DNA of 64,000 nucleotides. Origin: Octopus sinensis. Lineage: Eukaryota. Below the pieces are notes generated by a model, which worked only from the letters and a program-made list of their open reading frames with translations, was not told the origin of the DNA and did not search any database. A program made the position numbers and the translations under genes. Positions 37,001 to 48,853 of the stretch are shown one piece after another. The stretch is taken from NCBI RefSeq assembly GCF_006345805.1, contig NC_042997.1, positions 137,888,001 to 137,952,000 on the forward strand, in the 5' to 3' direction. Within the stretch, counting starts at the first letter, position 1, and every line of letters begins with the position of its first letter.

Positions 37001-37531
37001 GTTCAAATAATACTTCTGTCTTAACAGTCACAAAGCTTCATAATTAAAGGGACATGAAAATAAGCCTCTGTAGTATTCATGACATTCTCAATGAAAAATT
37101 GATATTTGTATCAATCAGAATACTTAACATCAGCATCTGATTTTGTGGACGAAAAACAACCTGGTTAGTCTGATATCATATGACTACTGCAAATGCCGGC
37201 TACCTATTCTACAGTCAGGTGAACCAAAACATGTAAATTTAAATTTCTTGTCTAGAGACATAGCAAATCTCTTGCAGTCTCATACAATTTCACAACTTGT
37301 GAGTTGTTGTTGTAATAAAATAGCTACATGAACATTCTTAACAGTGTTAATGATCTAAATGCAGTGGAAACTACATTTGGGAATCAAAACAAATGACAAT
37401 ATCTTCTCACTGTACAATATTCACTTTATCTAAAAAGTTAAAACAAATACCAACAATATTCCCTACACCTGAAAAGTAATTTCCTTTAAATGCATAGAAA
37501 AAGACAAAGAAAATATAATTTCATTTCTCAC

Positions 37532-37571
37532 CTGCAAACCAGTAAGATGCATCAAATTCAGAAATTGGCAT
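37532..37571 (-). CDS. HNF4: Candidate proximal first coding exon of HNF4 (MPISEFDASYWFA+G)
   Basis: ATG with A at -3 and an in-frame upstream stop. 13 codons + 1 nt then CAG|GTGAGA donor, in the phase 1 required by the DBD exon. TATA- and Inr-like motifs just upstream. No transcript data. Confidence 0.55.
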
Positions 37572-37599
37572 GATGGAAACTGTTTGCTATGAACAAAGT

Positions 37600-37702
37600 A
37601 ACTAAGGCTTGGCGACATAACTACCTCAAATTTATACTTATGCTATCTGTTTAAATGGTTGCTATCAGCTGAGAGAGAAAAAGAAAGAGAGAGTGAGAGA
37701 GA
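37600..37702 (-). promoter_or_regulatory. Candidate proximal HNF4 core promoter
   Basis: On the - strand: TATAAAT (37636-37630), then TTAGTT Inr-like (A at 37603) about 33 nt downstream; GA/CT microsatellite at about 37671-37702 upstream. Confidence 0.35.
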
Positions 37703-38574
37703 AAACATAAGATAGTAGTTGATCAACTCAAAACCCGTACATCTACAAGTGTGTTCATGTTACAGGAGAACCAGTTGTGAGAAGGTACTTAAGATAAGAT
37801 GGTTTGCTTTATCAGAAAAGCAGTGTGCTTGGGATTCTACAGAGAATATTCTGTTAAATTGACCAAATTAAATACATTAATCTTATTCTAAATCTTTTTT
37901 TTTTTAACTATTTAACTTTTTTCTTAGGACTTAATATGAAGGACTAAAATCATTTATGAGACATTAATTAGGACAGACTGAATTTTTAGATTTACCTGTA
38001 TTACATTCTTGGCAACCCACCTGAAGCTATCCTGGGTCCTACAATACATAGTTCCTGGTTTAAAATTACTTTAAAACTTTCCATAAGACTTTCATGTTAA
38101 TTTATGTTTCAAACACTAGTTTACAAATGACAAAGTTATTTTAATAAATTCTTTATTATTTTCCGAACTAATTGAAACAGACTGTATTTCAAAAGAAATA
38201 TGGCAAAAAAACAAAACAAAATAAAACAGCCAAATTATTGAGATGTTGGAGAAATGTCAACTCATTCAAGTAGAAAATATCATTTAGTTCAACAAAATTC
38301 TCATTTAAAGAAGCTAAAATTCTGTCATACCTTACCAATGGAATATTTTCTCAGAAATTCAGAAACAGAATCAGTTTTAGAAAAAGTACAATAGCAGAAG
38401 CGGAATAAAGAAAACTGAATATTTTTCTTTTTTTCAGTTTATACTCCTATTTTTAGTAGAATGGTTTCATTAAGAGGAAAATTCAAGAATAAAAATATCT
38501 TATTATTTATGCAAATCTGAGAATTTATGGATTCCTTCTACCTTATGCTGTCAAAATTTGAAAAATATAAAATA

Positions 38575-39367
38575 TTAGACTACCTGTGACCCATTGGGTC
38601 AACAACAGTTCAAGGTACCCCAAAAAAACCATGTCTCAGGAACCCCTGGTCTGATTTACAAAAAACTTGCTTTATTCTGTTTGTACTCACATTTCAATGG
38701 TACCTTACTTTCAGAGTATTTTCCCATTGTGTGCCAGTTTGGCTATTTATAAAGATACCCCCCCCCCCAAAAAAAAACCGTGTATCTCGGAAAACCACGG
38801 TCCAATTTAGACGAAACTGGTTTTATTCCATTTCAATGGCATCTTACTTTCAAAGTATTTTCCCATTATGCGGCAGTTTGGCTGTATTAAATTACATTTA
38901 AGCATGCACACAAGAAAGAATGCAAGCAGAAAATCATAAAGGTACCCGAAAAAAAAAAACTGTATCTTGGGAACCGATGGTCTGATTTATGCAAAACTTG
39001 TCTTATTCCATTTGTATTCTCATTTCAGGGGCACCTTACTTTCAGAGTATCTTCCCATTATGCACTGGTTTGGCTGTATTAAAAAACAGACAAACACACA
39101 TGCAAGCAAGCATGCAAACAAAACTATCCTGGTATTCACAGTAATGGGTAATAACTCCAGGTTTCACTGCTTAAATTTGTGCAAACAAACCCCAAGAAAC
39201 CGTGTATCCCAGGAATCCGTGGTCTGATTTATGCGAAACTTGTTCTATTATGTTTGTATTCACATTTCAGGGATACCTTACTTTCAGAGTATTTTCCCAT
39301 TATGTGCCAGTTTGGCTTATTAAACTACAAGCAAGCACGCAATCACTGACTTTTAGTATTATATAGA
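38575..39367 (-). mobile_element. Non-autonomous Helitron with internal tandem repeats (793 bp)
   Basis: On the - strand: A|TCTATATAAT 5' end; 3' hairpin TGACCC-aat-GGGTCA (38587-38601), 8-nt spacer, then CTAA|T (CTRR end, A-T target). Four internal repeat units start near 38648, 38799, 38979 and 39221. Confidence 0.75.
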
Positions 39368-39453
39368 TTAAAACAATAAGCATAACATTTTGAATATGTT
39401 TAATAAAATAAAATTATATACTCATAAAAATGAAAAGATCAGAAATTAAGAAT

Positions 39454-39876
39454 AGGCTCAGGAGTGGCTGTGTGGTATGTAGCTTGCTTACCAACAACAT
39501 GGTTCCGGGTTCAGTCCCACTGCGTGGCAACTTGGGCAAGTGTCTTCTGCTATAGCCCCGGGCCGACCAATGCCTTGTGAGTGGATTTGGTAGACGGAAA
39601 CTGAAAGAAGCCTGTCGTATATATGTATATATATATATATATGTGTGTGTATGTGTATATGTTTGTGTGTCTGTGTTTGTACCCCTAGCATTGCTTGACA
39701 ACCGATGCTGGTGTGTTTACGTCCCCGTCACTTAGCAGTTCGGCAAAAAGAGACCGATAGAATAAGTACTGGGCTTAGAAAGAATAAGCCCCGGGGTCGA
39801 TTTGCTCGACTAAAGGCGGTGCTCCAGCATGGCCGCAGTCAAATGACTGAAACAAGTAAAAGAGTAAAAGAGTAAA
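39454..39876 (+). mobile_element. Full-length tRNA-derived SINE (major family)
   Basis: A-box-like TGGCTGTGTGGT and B-box-like GGTTCAGTCCC head, internal (TA)/(TG) tract, (GAGTAAAA)n tail. Many partial copies elsewhere, e.g. 29836-29975, 34250-34690, 46730-47140, 49640-50010. Confidence 0.85.
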
Positions 39877-42800
39877 GCTACTTTCTGCAGGACATAACAT
39901 TAATCCATATTTTACTGAGAAATGTTTCTAGCAAATGTACAAAGACTAAAATTTTGGGGAGAGAGGATTATTAGAAACACTGACCCAGTTCTTGACTGGT
40001 ACTTTATTTTGCAGACTCTCAAAGAATGAAAGGTAAAGGTGACCTCAGCAAAATTTGAACTCAGAATTTTAAAAAAGTAGAACAAATATCAAGGTATTTT
40101 CCAGAAGTTCTAATGATTCAGCCATGACTTCTTATATTAGAACAAGACCAGATATTTTTAAAATCTATCCCTAGTTTGGTATTTCATTTTACAGATAGTG
40201 TAAAACAAAGTTGGCTCTGATAAGATTTGAACATAAAATAACTAAAATCACTAAGTATTTTGTCCACTGCCTCATTGATTCTGCCACAAACTCACCATAG
40301 GTGTCTATATAGTAATAATTGTTTTCTAATTTAGGTTCAAAGTAAACAGTTTTGATGGAGTGGGTTACTTGATTACATTGACCCAAGTACTTGACTAGTA
40401 CTTAATTTTATTGAAGCTGAAACAATAAAAAGGTGGAATTGACTTATGCAGAATTTGAACTCGAGACATAAGAGTTGTAACTAAATACCTCAAAGCATTT
40501 TGTCCAATGCCCTACCAATTCTGCCAATCCACTGCCTATGAATAAATAGTTGTTCCTAATTTAGGCACAATTTTGCAGGGAGGAATCTAATTGGTTATAT
40601 TAACTCCAGTACTTGACTGGTACTTTATTTTATTGACCCTGAAAGAATGAAAGGCAAAGTTGGCCTTGGCAGGATTTGAACTTGCAATGTAAAGAGCTGT
40701 AACTAAATACTGTAGATGTGGTTGCGTTAAGAAGCTTGTTTCCAGTCACTTGGTTCCAGGTTCAGTCCCTCTACAATACATCTTGAGAAAGTGTCTTCTA
40801 CTATAGCCATGGGTTGACCAAAGCCTTGTGAGCAGATTTGGTACACAGAAACTGAAGAAAGTCTTGTGTGTGTGTGTGTCCTTGTCTCAATATCACGAGA
40901 TTGTTGGAAAAGTGGACATTAAAATGATGATGATAATTTTACTTGAAACTTATATATTTTGCCTATTCACTGACATTCATTTCTTTATAATGATTTCCTA
41001 TAACATATACAATTTGCAGAAGAAGAATATAATCAGCTGAATAAACTATAACATGCTAGTCATAGTGATATTGGAAGGTTGAAAAGCTAAATGAACACCA
41101 GCAAGGGTATCATCCATGAAAATTAGCAATGGAGAATGAATTACTGAAAATGCAATTTTCTATTAAAAATGAATGGTGTAGTTGTGTGTGAGAGTTGTTC
41201 AATACACATAGTAATGAAATTAGCCTTCTTCATTCAATAAGTTTTGTGATATCTGATGTGATTGGTTTCAGATTTTGGTACAAGGCCAGCAAGTTTGGGG
41301 GAGGGGGTAAGTTGATTATATCAAAACCAGTCCTCAGTTGGTACTTATTTTATCAACCCCAAAAAGATGAAAGGCTAAGTTGACCTTGGCAGAATTTGAA
41401 CTCGGAACTAGAGACAGAGGAAATTCCACTAAGTATTTTGCCTGGCATACTCATGATTTAGTCTACTTGCTGCCTTAATACATGATAATATTGTAATGTT
41501 TTTACCTACATAACCAGAGGCCTGTCTTTGGCTATCCTCGAATAAACTTTGAACTCAGAAATATGTAAATAAATACCGTCATTTCTGCTAAACTACCATC
41601 CTAAAATTATTATCAATTCACAACACACAGCTCTAGATATTGCTAGCAAGAATTTCACTTTTTACTTGTTTCTGTTACTGTACTGGCCATGCTGGGGCAC
41701 TACCTTGAAAGGTTTTAGTCAAACAAAGCACCCTCAAGATTTACTTTTATTTTTCTGTATTTATTCTATTGGCTTCTTTTGCTGAATGCTAAATTACAAG
41801 GACGTAAACAAACCAACACTGGTTGTCAGGCAGTGGAAAGGACAGACACAAACACACACAAATATATGACAAACTTGGTTTTCAGTTTTGATTGACCAAA
41901 CCCACTCAAAAAACTGGTTTGCCTGGGGTTATAGTAAAAGATAACCATGATTCCTGTTCCTTCCCTCCCAGAATACCACCCCGCTGGAATTTCCTCCCTG
42001 CTCTTGTATTTAACGCAGGCATTGATTTTACAGATGATTAAGTCAAACATCAACTACATAAATATCACCAGTCTGCAAAGATCATGGGACTAGTCGCCTG
42101 TTACCTGACTTTAATCATTAAAAAAAAAAAATGACAAAAAGTATATTCAAATATCGTAGAAACTTTCAAAATTGGAAATCTTAACTCCATTTTTGCATGC
42201 AGACACACCCATCCATTTGCAAACTTCAAACATAACTAAAGCTTGTCTTTTATTATAATGGAAGGACCAAAGAGAGGTTTTTGGCAGAATACCTAGCCAC
42301 ATTTAATTACAATCCTTTATATTTTAAGTTCAAATCCCTTTGATGTCAACTTTCACTTTCATTCTTCCAAGATTGGTAAAATAAGTACAATTACTGGAGT
42401 TCATATCCTTGACAATTAGCACCGCCATCAAAATTTGATTCGTTATGCCTATGTTAGAAACCATAATCAGGAATGCATCAAATTGTTTCACCAAGTTCAG
42501 CAGTTTAATGAATGAACTACTTTCACTTGTGACATAAGAACCACATGTTCCTTGACAAAATGATTAGCCCATTTGACTCAAATGAAAACTGACTTTTTTT
42601 AACCCTGAGCAGTCTTGATCAAGCCGTGATCATCCTATCTCTTGTTTAGCCTACCTAATATATTTAGGACTAGATTATACAATCTATTCTTCTTTCTTTT
42701 TTTAAGAGAGTTGGGTGGGAATATATGAAACTTTAATACTGAGTAGTATGAAGGAATCATACTGTGGCTGAGCTACCAAAGTAGGATTTCCTCATTGGTT

Positions 42801-43820
42801 TGTATATCAGATACTGACAGATACAAAAATTAGATACTAAATTGAAAACAATGAAATAAGATAATCAACTTCTATGGATCTTTGTTCTCAGTCCTATTCC
42901 TGCCTTAGCTAATTAATGGATTAACTCTCATTCCTCTAGAGTTGGATAAAATAAAAACTGTTGACTCATATTCCCCATCATTATCTTCCATTTCCATTAG
43001 AAGTTGTCTGCAACATAAGAAAAATTGTTTTAGTCTATTTTTACTAGTGTTCACAGCTTGATGAATGTCAATTGTTACTCAGCCATCACAAGGTCCCTTT
43101 CTTGTTGTAGTGTGGTGGTTTGTGAGTTTCAGTGATCCTGAAAGCTATACCATCAGAGCTCAGGCTATTGATAAGGCCTCCTATGCTGAAAAATGCAAAG
43201 ATCCAACCCAGAGCCGAGGAAAGGGGAGAAAAGTTGTTGATGGTCTATGTTCCATAGGAAGTAAAGTGCTTAAGTCAATGTTAACTGGGAAATAAAGTAT
43301 GCTATTGGTCAAAATGTTGCAGGAAAATTATAACTACATAAATTATTTCTAACAATAATTCAATAAACCACTGTGATAGGAAATAACAATGCCATTCTTG
43401 CTGCGGCACTCTAGTCAATATATTTTTAATGTATAAGAATATTACAATGTATTTGAAATGTATAGCAATATCAATATATATTCTTTTATTTGTTGCAGTC
43501 ATTAGACTGCAGACATGCTAGGGCACCGTCTTGATGGGTTTTTAGTTGATATAATCAGCTCAAGTACTTATTTTAAAATCTGTTACTACTATAAGCAATT
43601 TCTATTTATTGTACAACTAAGTAACAGGACATAAGCAGAGAAAGGATATACACTGCTTTCTTTTTCTCAAGCGGTTTCAAAGATATACAAACACATACAC
43701 ACATTGTAGGCTTCCACACAGGTTTCCATCTACTAATTTTGCATTTCACTCAGAAGGCATTAGTTTTCTCATGTTAACAATAGAGGACAGTTGCTCATGG
43801 TTGTAAAGTGAACAGCTTTA

Positions 43821-44045
43821 CCCTTAAGCATTTAATGTGGCTGTATCCAGCCCAAATATTGTATCTGTTTTATGTTAAGACTGATCAGATCCAATGTCAT
43901 TCTAAAAATATACCCTACAATGTCATTCTAAAAATATAGAAGCACACCATTGAAATCTTGAAGCTACCAGATAATGAGTGATTAATTCAAAACAATGTGA
44001 ATAAAAAAGCAGTAAATTTGACAAAGAAATCTTAATGCTAAAGGG
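43821..44045. mobile_element. piggyBac-type MITE, second family
   Basis: ttta|CCCTTAAGCATT ... AATGCTAAAGGG|TTAA. Related copies at about 15686-15901, 6703-6860 and 57748-57900. Confidence 0.7.
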
Positions 44046-44705
44046 TTAACCATACCTATTCCTGTACAAACAATAAATAAAGTATTAGAATTACCTTCCT
44101 CCCACACTTTTCTAATCTTTAATTTATTTAGAAGAATTTTCTGTATTTTCCACAGATTTCTGTGTTTTAAACGTTAGAGATTACTATCATCATCATTTAA
44201 TGTTCACTTTTCCATGTTCGCATGGATCAGATGAAATTTGTTGAAGCAGATTGTATTGTCTACAGCCAGACACCATTCCTCACCAACCTTTCCCTGTTTC
44301 CAAGTAAGGTAATATTTCCCAGACATGTGTCATCTTTCAGAAGATTGGAAATGATACTGCTTGCATGACAATGACACATCTATCATGTTATGCCAGGGCA
44401 AAGAGACAGTAACACACACACACACATATATATAAAGACAAGTTATAGATAATGGTCATTACATATTTGTAATGATCAATTATTTTTCACTTGTCTTATA
44501 TATCCAGTTTGTCTGGAGTGTATCCCTGGATTTACAATAAAGAATTATGATATACCATAACCTTGGATCCTGCCATAAGAATTGAAGTTCTTCACTAATC
44601 TAAACAATATTGTTAGCCTGGTGTGTCAGAATAGAGCTTATGAACTAGTTTGCTCAGATTGATAATCCCTCACTATCAGCTCTCTCTCTCTCTTGCTCTC
44701 TCACT

Positions 44706-46320
44706 GCTTGTCATCATCATCATTTAACGTCAGTTGTCCATGCTGGCATGGGTTGGGCAGTTTGACCAGGGCTGGCAAGCTGGAAGGCTGCACCAGACTC
44801 CAGTCTGATTTGGCATGGTTTCTACAGCCTGATGCTTCTCCTAATGCCAACCACTCTGAGAGTGTAATGGGTGCTTTTACGTGCCACCAGCATGAGTGCC
44901 ATTTGTGTGACATTGGTATCTGCCATGACTGTGATTTTGCTTGGCTTGATGGGTCTTATTCTCAAGCACGACATGATGCCAAATGTCTTGATCATTGCCT
45001 CCTTACTAGAAATATAGCATCAGTGGTGCTTCTCCCTGGCACAAAACCAAACTGCATCTCATCTAGACTAACTCTCTCCCTAATTAGTTGGGCTATGACT
45101 ATCTCCATAACTTTTATCACCAGCTCCAATAATTTCATACCTCTAATTATTTCTATCTAAAGCATCGCCTTTACTTTCGTAGCAGTTGACTACGCCAGTC
45201 ATTGGATATGACTCCTTCGTGAACCACCTGATTTAATATGGGTGACTAGACCATAACCCACACCACCAGATATTTTAAGCATCTGAGAGGTGATTCCTGA
45301 TGGGCTGGGGGCATTCCCTATCTTCATACCCTTAATTGCTTTATCTACCAAGGTACTGTTGATTTGGGTGGCTGGTGTCTCAATTGGGTCAACATTTGGC
45401 AAACTCCTCCTTCCCATTCATTCTCCATGTTCAACAGTCTTTCATAATGGCATTTCCAAGCCTCTTTCTTTGCAGAATCATTAAATGCAACACACCATCA
45501 TCTATGCGGACACATTTATTTTCTATGACATCACAGTTTTCTCTTACACACAGTCTTGCAATCCAAAACACTTCAGTTCTTTGGACCTCACATCACTGAA
45601 CATAGGCAAACTTCTTTTCTGCTTCTCTCTTGGCTAGATATACCTGTCTACTAGCTTCCCTTCTGGCTATTTGATACAGTTCCCTGCTACCCCCACTCTT
45701 CTAGGCCTTCCAGGCCTGTTTCATTGCTCTAATGGCACTGTCTACAGCATTGTTCTACCACCATGTTACCCTAGGTCTGGATGGGACTTTGCACCAGCTG
45801 CAGACTTGGTCTGTGGTACTCAGCAAGCTGTCCCACAGGATTTCCCAGTTGCCTTCTATGTCACAAGTCTGTAGCTCCTCCTCCTTCTCATCAAATTTCT
45901 CAATTAGGATGTCCCTAAATTTCTTGTTTCTTTATTGCCCACAAGGGGCTAAACTTAGAGGGGACAAACAAGGACAGACAAAGGGATTAAGTCGATTACA
46001 TCGACCCCAGTGCGTAACTGGTACTTAATTTATTGATCCTGAAAGGATGAAAGGCAAAGTCGACCTCGGAGGAATTTGAACTCAGAACGTAAAGATAGAT
46101 GAAATACCACTAGGCATTTTGCCCGGCATGCTAATGTTTCTGCCAGCTCACCGCCTTCTAAATTTCTGACCATATAAAGGGTCCTTAAGTTCCAGATCCT
46201 TCTTTTCCAGATTGGTCTGCTTCTTGGAACCCTTCTGGCCTGGAGTCTAAAGTCACAAATGACTAGTCTATGCTAGGGGATACATTCTTCACCAGGGAGG
46301 GACATTGCATTTAAGAGCAG
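44706..46320 (-). mobile_element. Decayed, internally deleted RTE LINE, interrupted by a SINE
   Basis: Minus-strand pieces: PGEECIP*HRLVICDF (EN end, about 46250-46310), KFRDIL...RPRVTWW, KIGNAPSPSGITSQMLK, EMQFGFVPGRSTTDAIFLVR. Joined directly to an RTE-type 3'UTR/(TGA)n tail at 44706-44985. Confidence 0.8.
45924..46157 (-). mobile_element. Second SINE family inserted into the RTE fragment, 9-bp TSD
   Basis: CTAAATTTC at 45915-45923 and 46158-46166; removing the insert restores RTE QKFRDIL. Core GAGGTCGACTTTGCCTTTCATCCTTTC...AAATTAAGTACC. Other copies at about 21630-21820, 40560-40700, 41270-41470, 55990-56190. Confidence 0.85.
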
Positions 46321-46941
46321 CCATGCATCCCACTGGGGCTGAACCTGAAACCATGTGGTTGGGAAGTGAAATTCTTAACACATAGACATGTCTGCACTTA
46401 GATCATATAAAAACAAAAATTCATACAGTGAATGTAATGAATTGAAAAACTTGAATTAACTGTGATTGTCTATGAAATTAGTAAGTAAACTCTCCCTCTA
46501 GCGATGTTTAAAACCTGAAAGTGCTCATAAGATCAATTAAGTGAAAATTTTGGACAGGGTAAATAAAATGTAGATTGGGTTGGATCTGGTCTTTAAAGGA
46601 AAGTGGTGAAAGCAATAGGCTACTTCATATCAATACGTAAACAATTAAAAATTAACTGCATTAACCACACCCATTCATTTCATTCCCACCCTTATTAATG
46701 CGACTCCCAGCTGGTGTATTCTATTCTACTTGTTTCTGTCATTTGACTGTAGCTATGCTGGAGTATTGCCTTGAAGGGTCTTAGTGAAACAAATCGACCC
46801 CAGGACTTATTTTTTAAAAGCCTGGTACTTATTCTGTTGGTCTCTTTTGCCAAACCGCAAAGTTACAGGGGATGTAAACACACCAACATCAGTTGTCAAG
46901 CAATGATGGGGGACAAGCATAGACTGAAGATACACACACAG

Positions 46942-46972
<31 letters not shown>

Positions 46973-47479
46973 ACAGGCTTCTTTCAGTTTCTGTCTACCA
47001 GATCCACTCACAAGGCTTTGATCATATATGTAGATGTTGAGCAGTAGTAGATGACACTTGCCGAAGGCGCCAAACAGTGGGACTGAACCTGGAACCATAT
47101 GGTTGGGAAGCAAGCTTCTTACCATACAGCCACACCTGTAAAACATGACAGAGCAAGCAACAAAATGCGAATTCTGTTGACAAACCTATTGTATTAACTC
47201 TTCGGAGTTTAATAATAAGGACAGGATGACATATTAAATATGTGGGAAGGGGAGGTGAGAGAGAGATTGAGTGAGTGTGTGTGCATGTGTATGCTTGTGT
47301 GTGTGTATCACAAACACACAGTTATCTGAGGATGATAACATTCACACAGCAATGTGATGCCTGAGGCATATTTTAATCTTACAACACTGACACATCAGCC
47401 AATAATATTGCTGAACAAAAATGACATAAAAATGCCCAACAGTACCTGGAAACAGACTTGAATAGTCAATACCATTTAA

Positions 47480-48220
47480 GGAAAACAGTAACAGCCAATT
47501 CTGTCTGACAACTCTCAGCACCAGCCAATTCTGTCCGGCAATTAGCCAATTCTGCCCAACAACACTAGCCAACTCTGACCCACAACAAACAATGCCAGCC
47601 AATTCTGTCCCACAACAAACAATGCCAGCCAATTCTGAATCATAATATGCAATACCAGCCAATTCTGTCCAGCAGCACACAGCACTAGCCAATTTTGCCC
47701 CACAACAAACAATTCTAGCCAATTCTGAATTATAACACCAAATAGTTCTGCTCCACAACACTAGTCAATTCTGTTCTACAATGCCCAACAACACACAACA
47801 CCAGCCAATACTGCCCCACAACATGAACCAATTCTGATGTACAACAAACAATACCAGGCAATTTTGAATCACAACACACTTTGCCAACCAATTCTGTCCC
47901 ACAACGTACACTAGCAACCAATTCTGTTCCACAGCAACAACTAATTCTGTCCCAAAACATGCAATACCAGCCAATTTTGTCCAACAGCACACATCACTAA
48001 TCAATTTAGTCCCACAAAACCAGTGAATTCTATCAAACAACACAACAGCCAGTTCTACCCCACCACAACAGCCAATTCTGCCCCAAAACACAACAGCAGC
48101 CAATTCTGCCCCACAACACACAAGGGCAGCCAATTTTTCTCCACAATAGTATCCAAATTCTGCTGACAAACCAGTAGCTAATTCTGTCACAAAACCCAAT
48201 AGCTGCTAATTCTAACATCT
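47480..48220. repeat. Minisatellite, about 30-bp unit (CAGCCAATTCTGTCCCACAACAAACAATGC-like)
   Basis: Registers at 47596, 47626, 47656, 47686 and 47716 are 30 nt apart; degenerate and shorter units occur at both ends. Confidence 0.9.
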
Positions 48221-48400
48221 AAGCCTATCAAATAACAGTATCAATACAAGTTGCCTGAACCTATGTGAAAATATCTATGAAGTGTGTTGTCCAGCTAGAA
48301 ACAGCAAGCAAATCACATTTAAAAAGAAAGAAAGATACTGTAGATAACGAAGTCCTAGATATATACAAGAACAAGTTGGTTATTGCTGGGACCCTTTCAC

Positions 48401-48480
48401 AATTCATAGGCCTGCTAAATCAGCAGTGATTTACAGTAAAAATTCATAGGCCTGCTAAATCAGCAGTGATTTACAGTAAA
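48401..48480. repeat. Perfect 40-bp tandem duplication
   Basis: aattcataggcctgctaaatcagcagtgatttacagtaaa x2. Confidence 0.95.
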
Positions 48481-48809
48481 AATAACCCCTCAAAACAAAC
48501 TAAAATACAAATTAGTTTTAAAAAATAATTAAATATTATTAAAAAACCCATTAAGAGAAAGCAATTTAAAATAATAGTAAGTCTTGCACTCATTTAAATG
48601 AAATGGTTTACAATAAAAGATTTATATTGTTAATGAGATTTGTTGGTTATCAAAGAGATAATAGAAGTAGTTTTATCAGAGATAGCTATTAAGTGAAAGA
48701 GAATCACTTTGTTTTATAAATAAAATAAAATCATTTGATCAAGTGTGTACAGGTAATTACCTGATCGTTTTAGCACAGTTAAACAATTATCAATAATATA
48801 ACACATATA

Positions 48810-48853
<44 letters not shown>

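Noticed and set aside
38336-38400. Strong minus-strand donor TTG|GTAAGG as another HNF4 first exon
   Set aside because: No ATG-initiated open frame leading into it. It might be a non-coding 5'UTR exon, but sequence alone cannot support this.
38640-39330. CRISPR-like repeat-spacer array
   Set aside because: Eukaryotic context; the units are 150-240-bp degenerate tandem repeats inside a Helitron, without unique spacers.
39460-39530. tRNA gene
   Set aside because: A/B-box-like motifs belong to SINE heads; no cloverleaf or acceptor stem, and the SINE body follows.
42100-42135. Recursive splice site (poly-T...CAG|GTAACA) in the long first intron
   Set aside because: The pyrimidine tract is separated from the AG by purines and an upstream AG; too weak to call.
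47342-48218. Cys-rich repetitive protein ORFs (ELAGIVCCGT...)
   Set aside because: The ORFs arise in several frames from a 30-bp minisatellite lacking stops; no splice signals or consistent frame.
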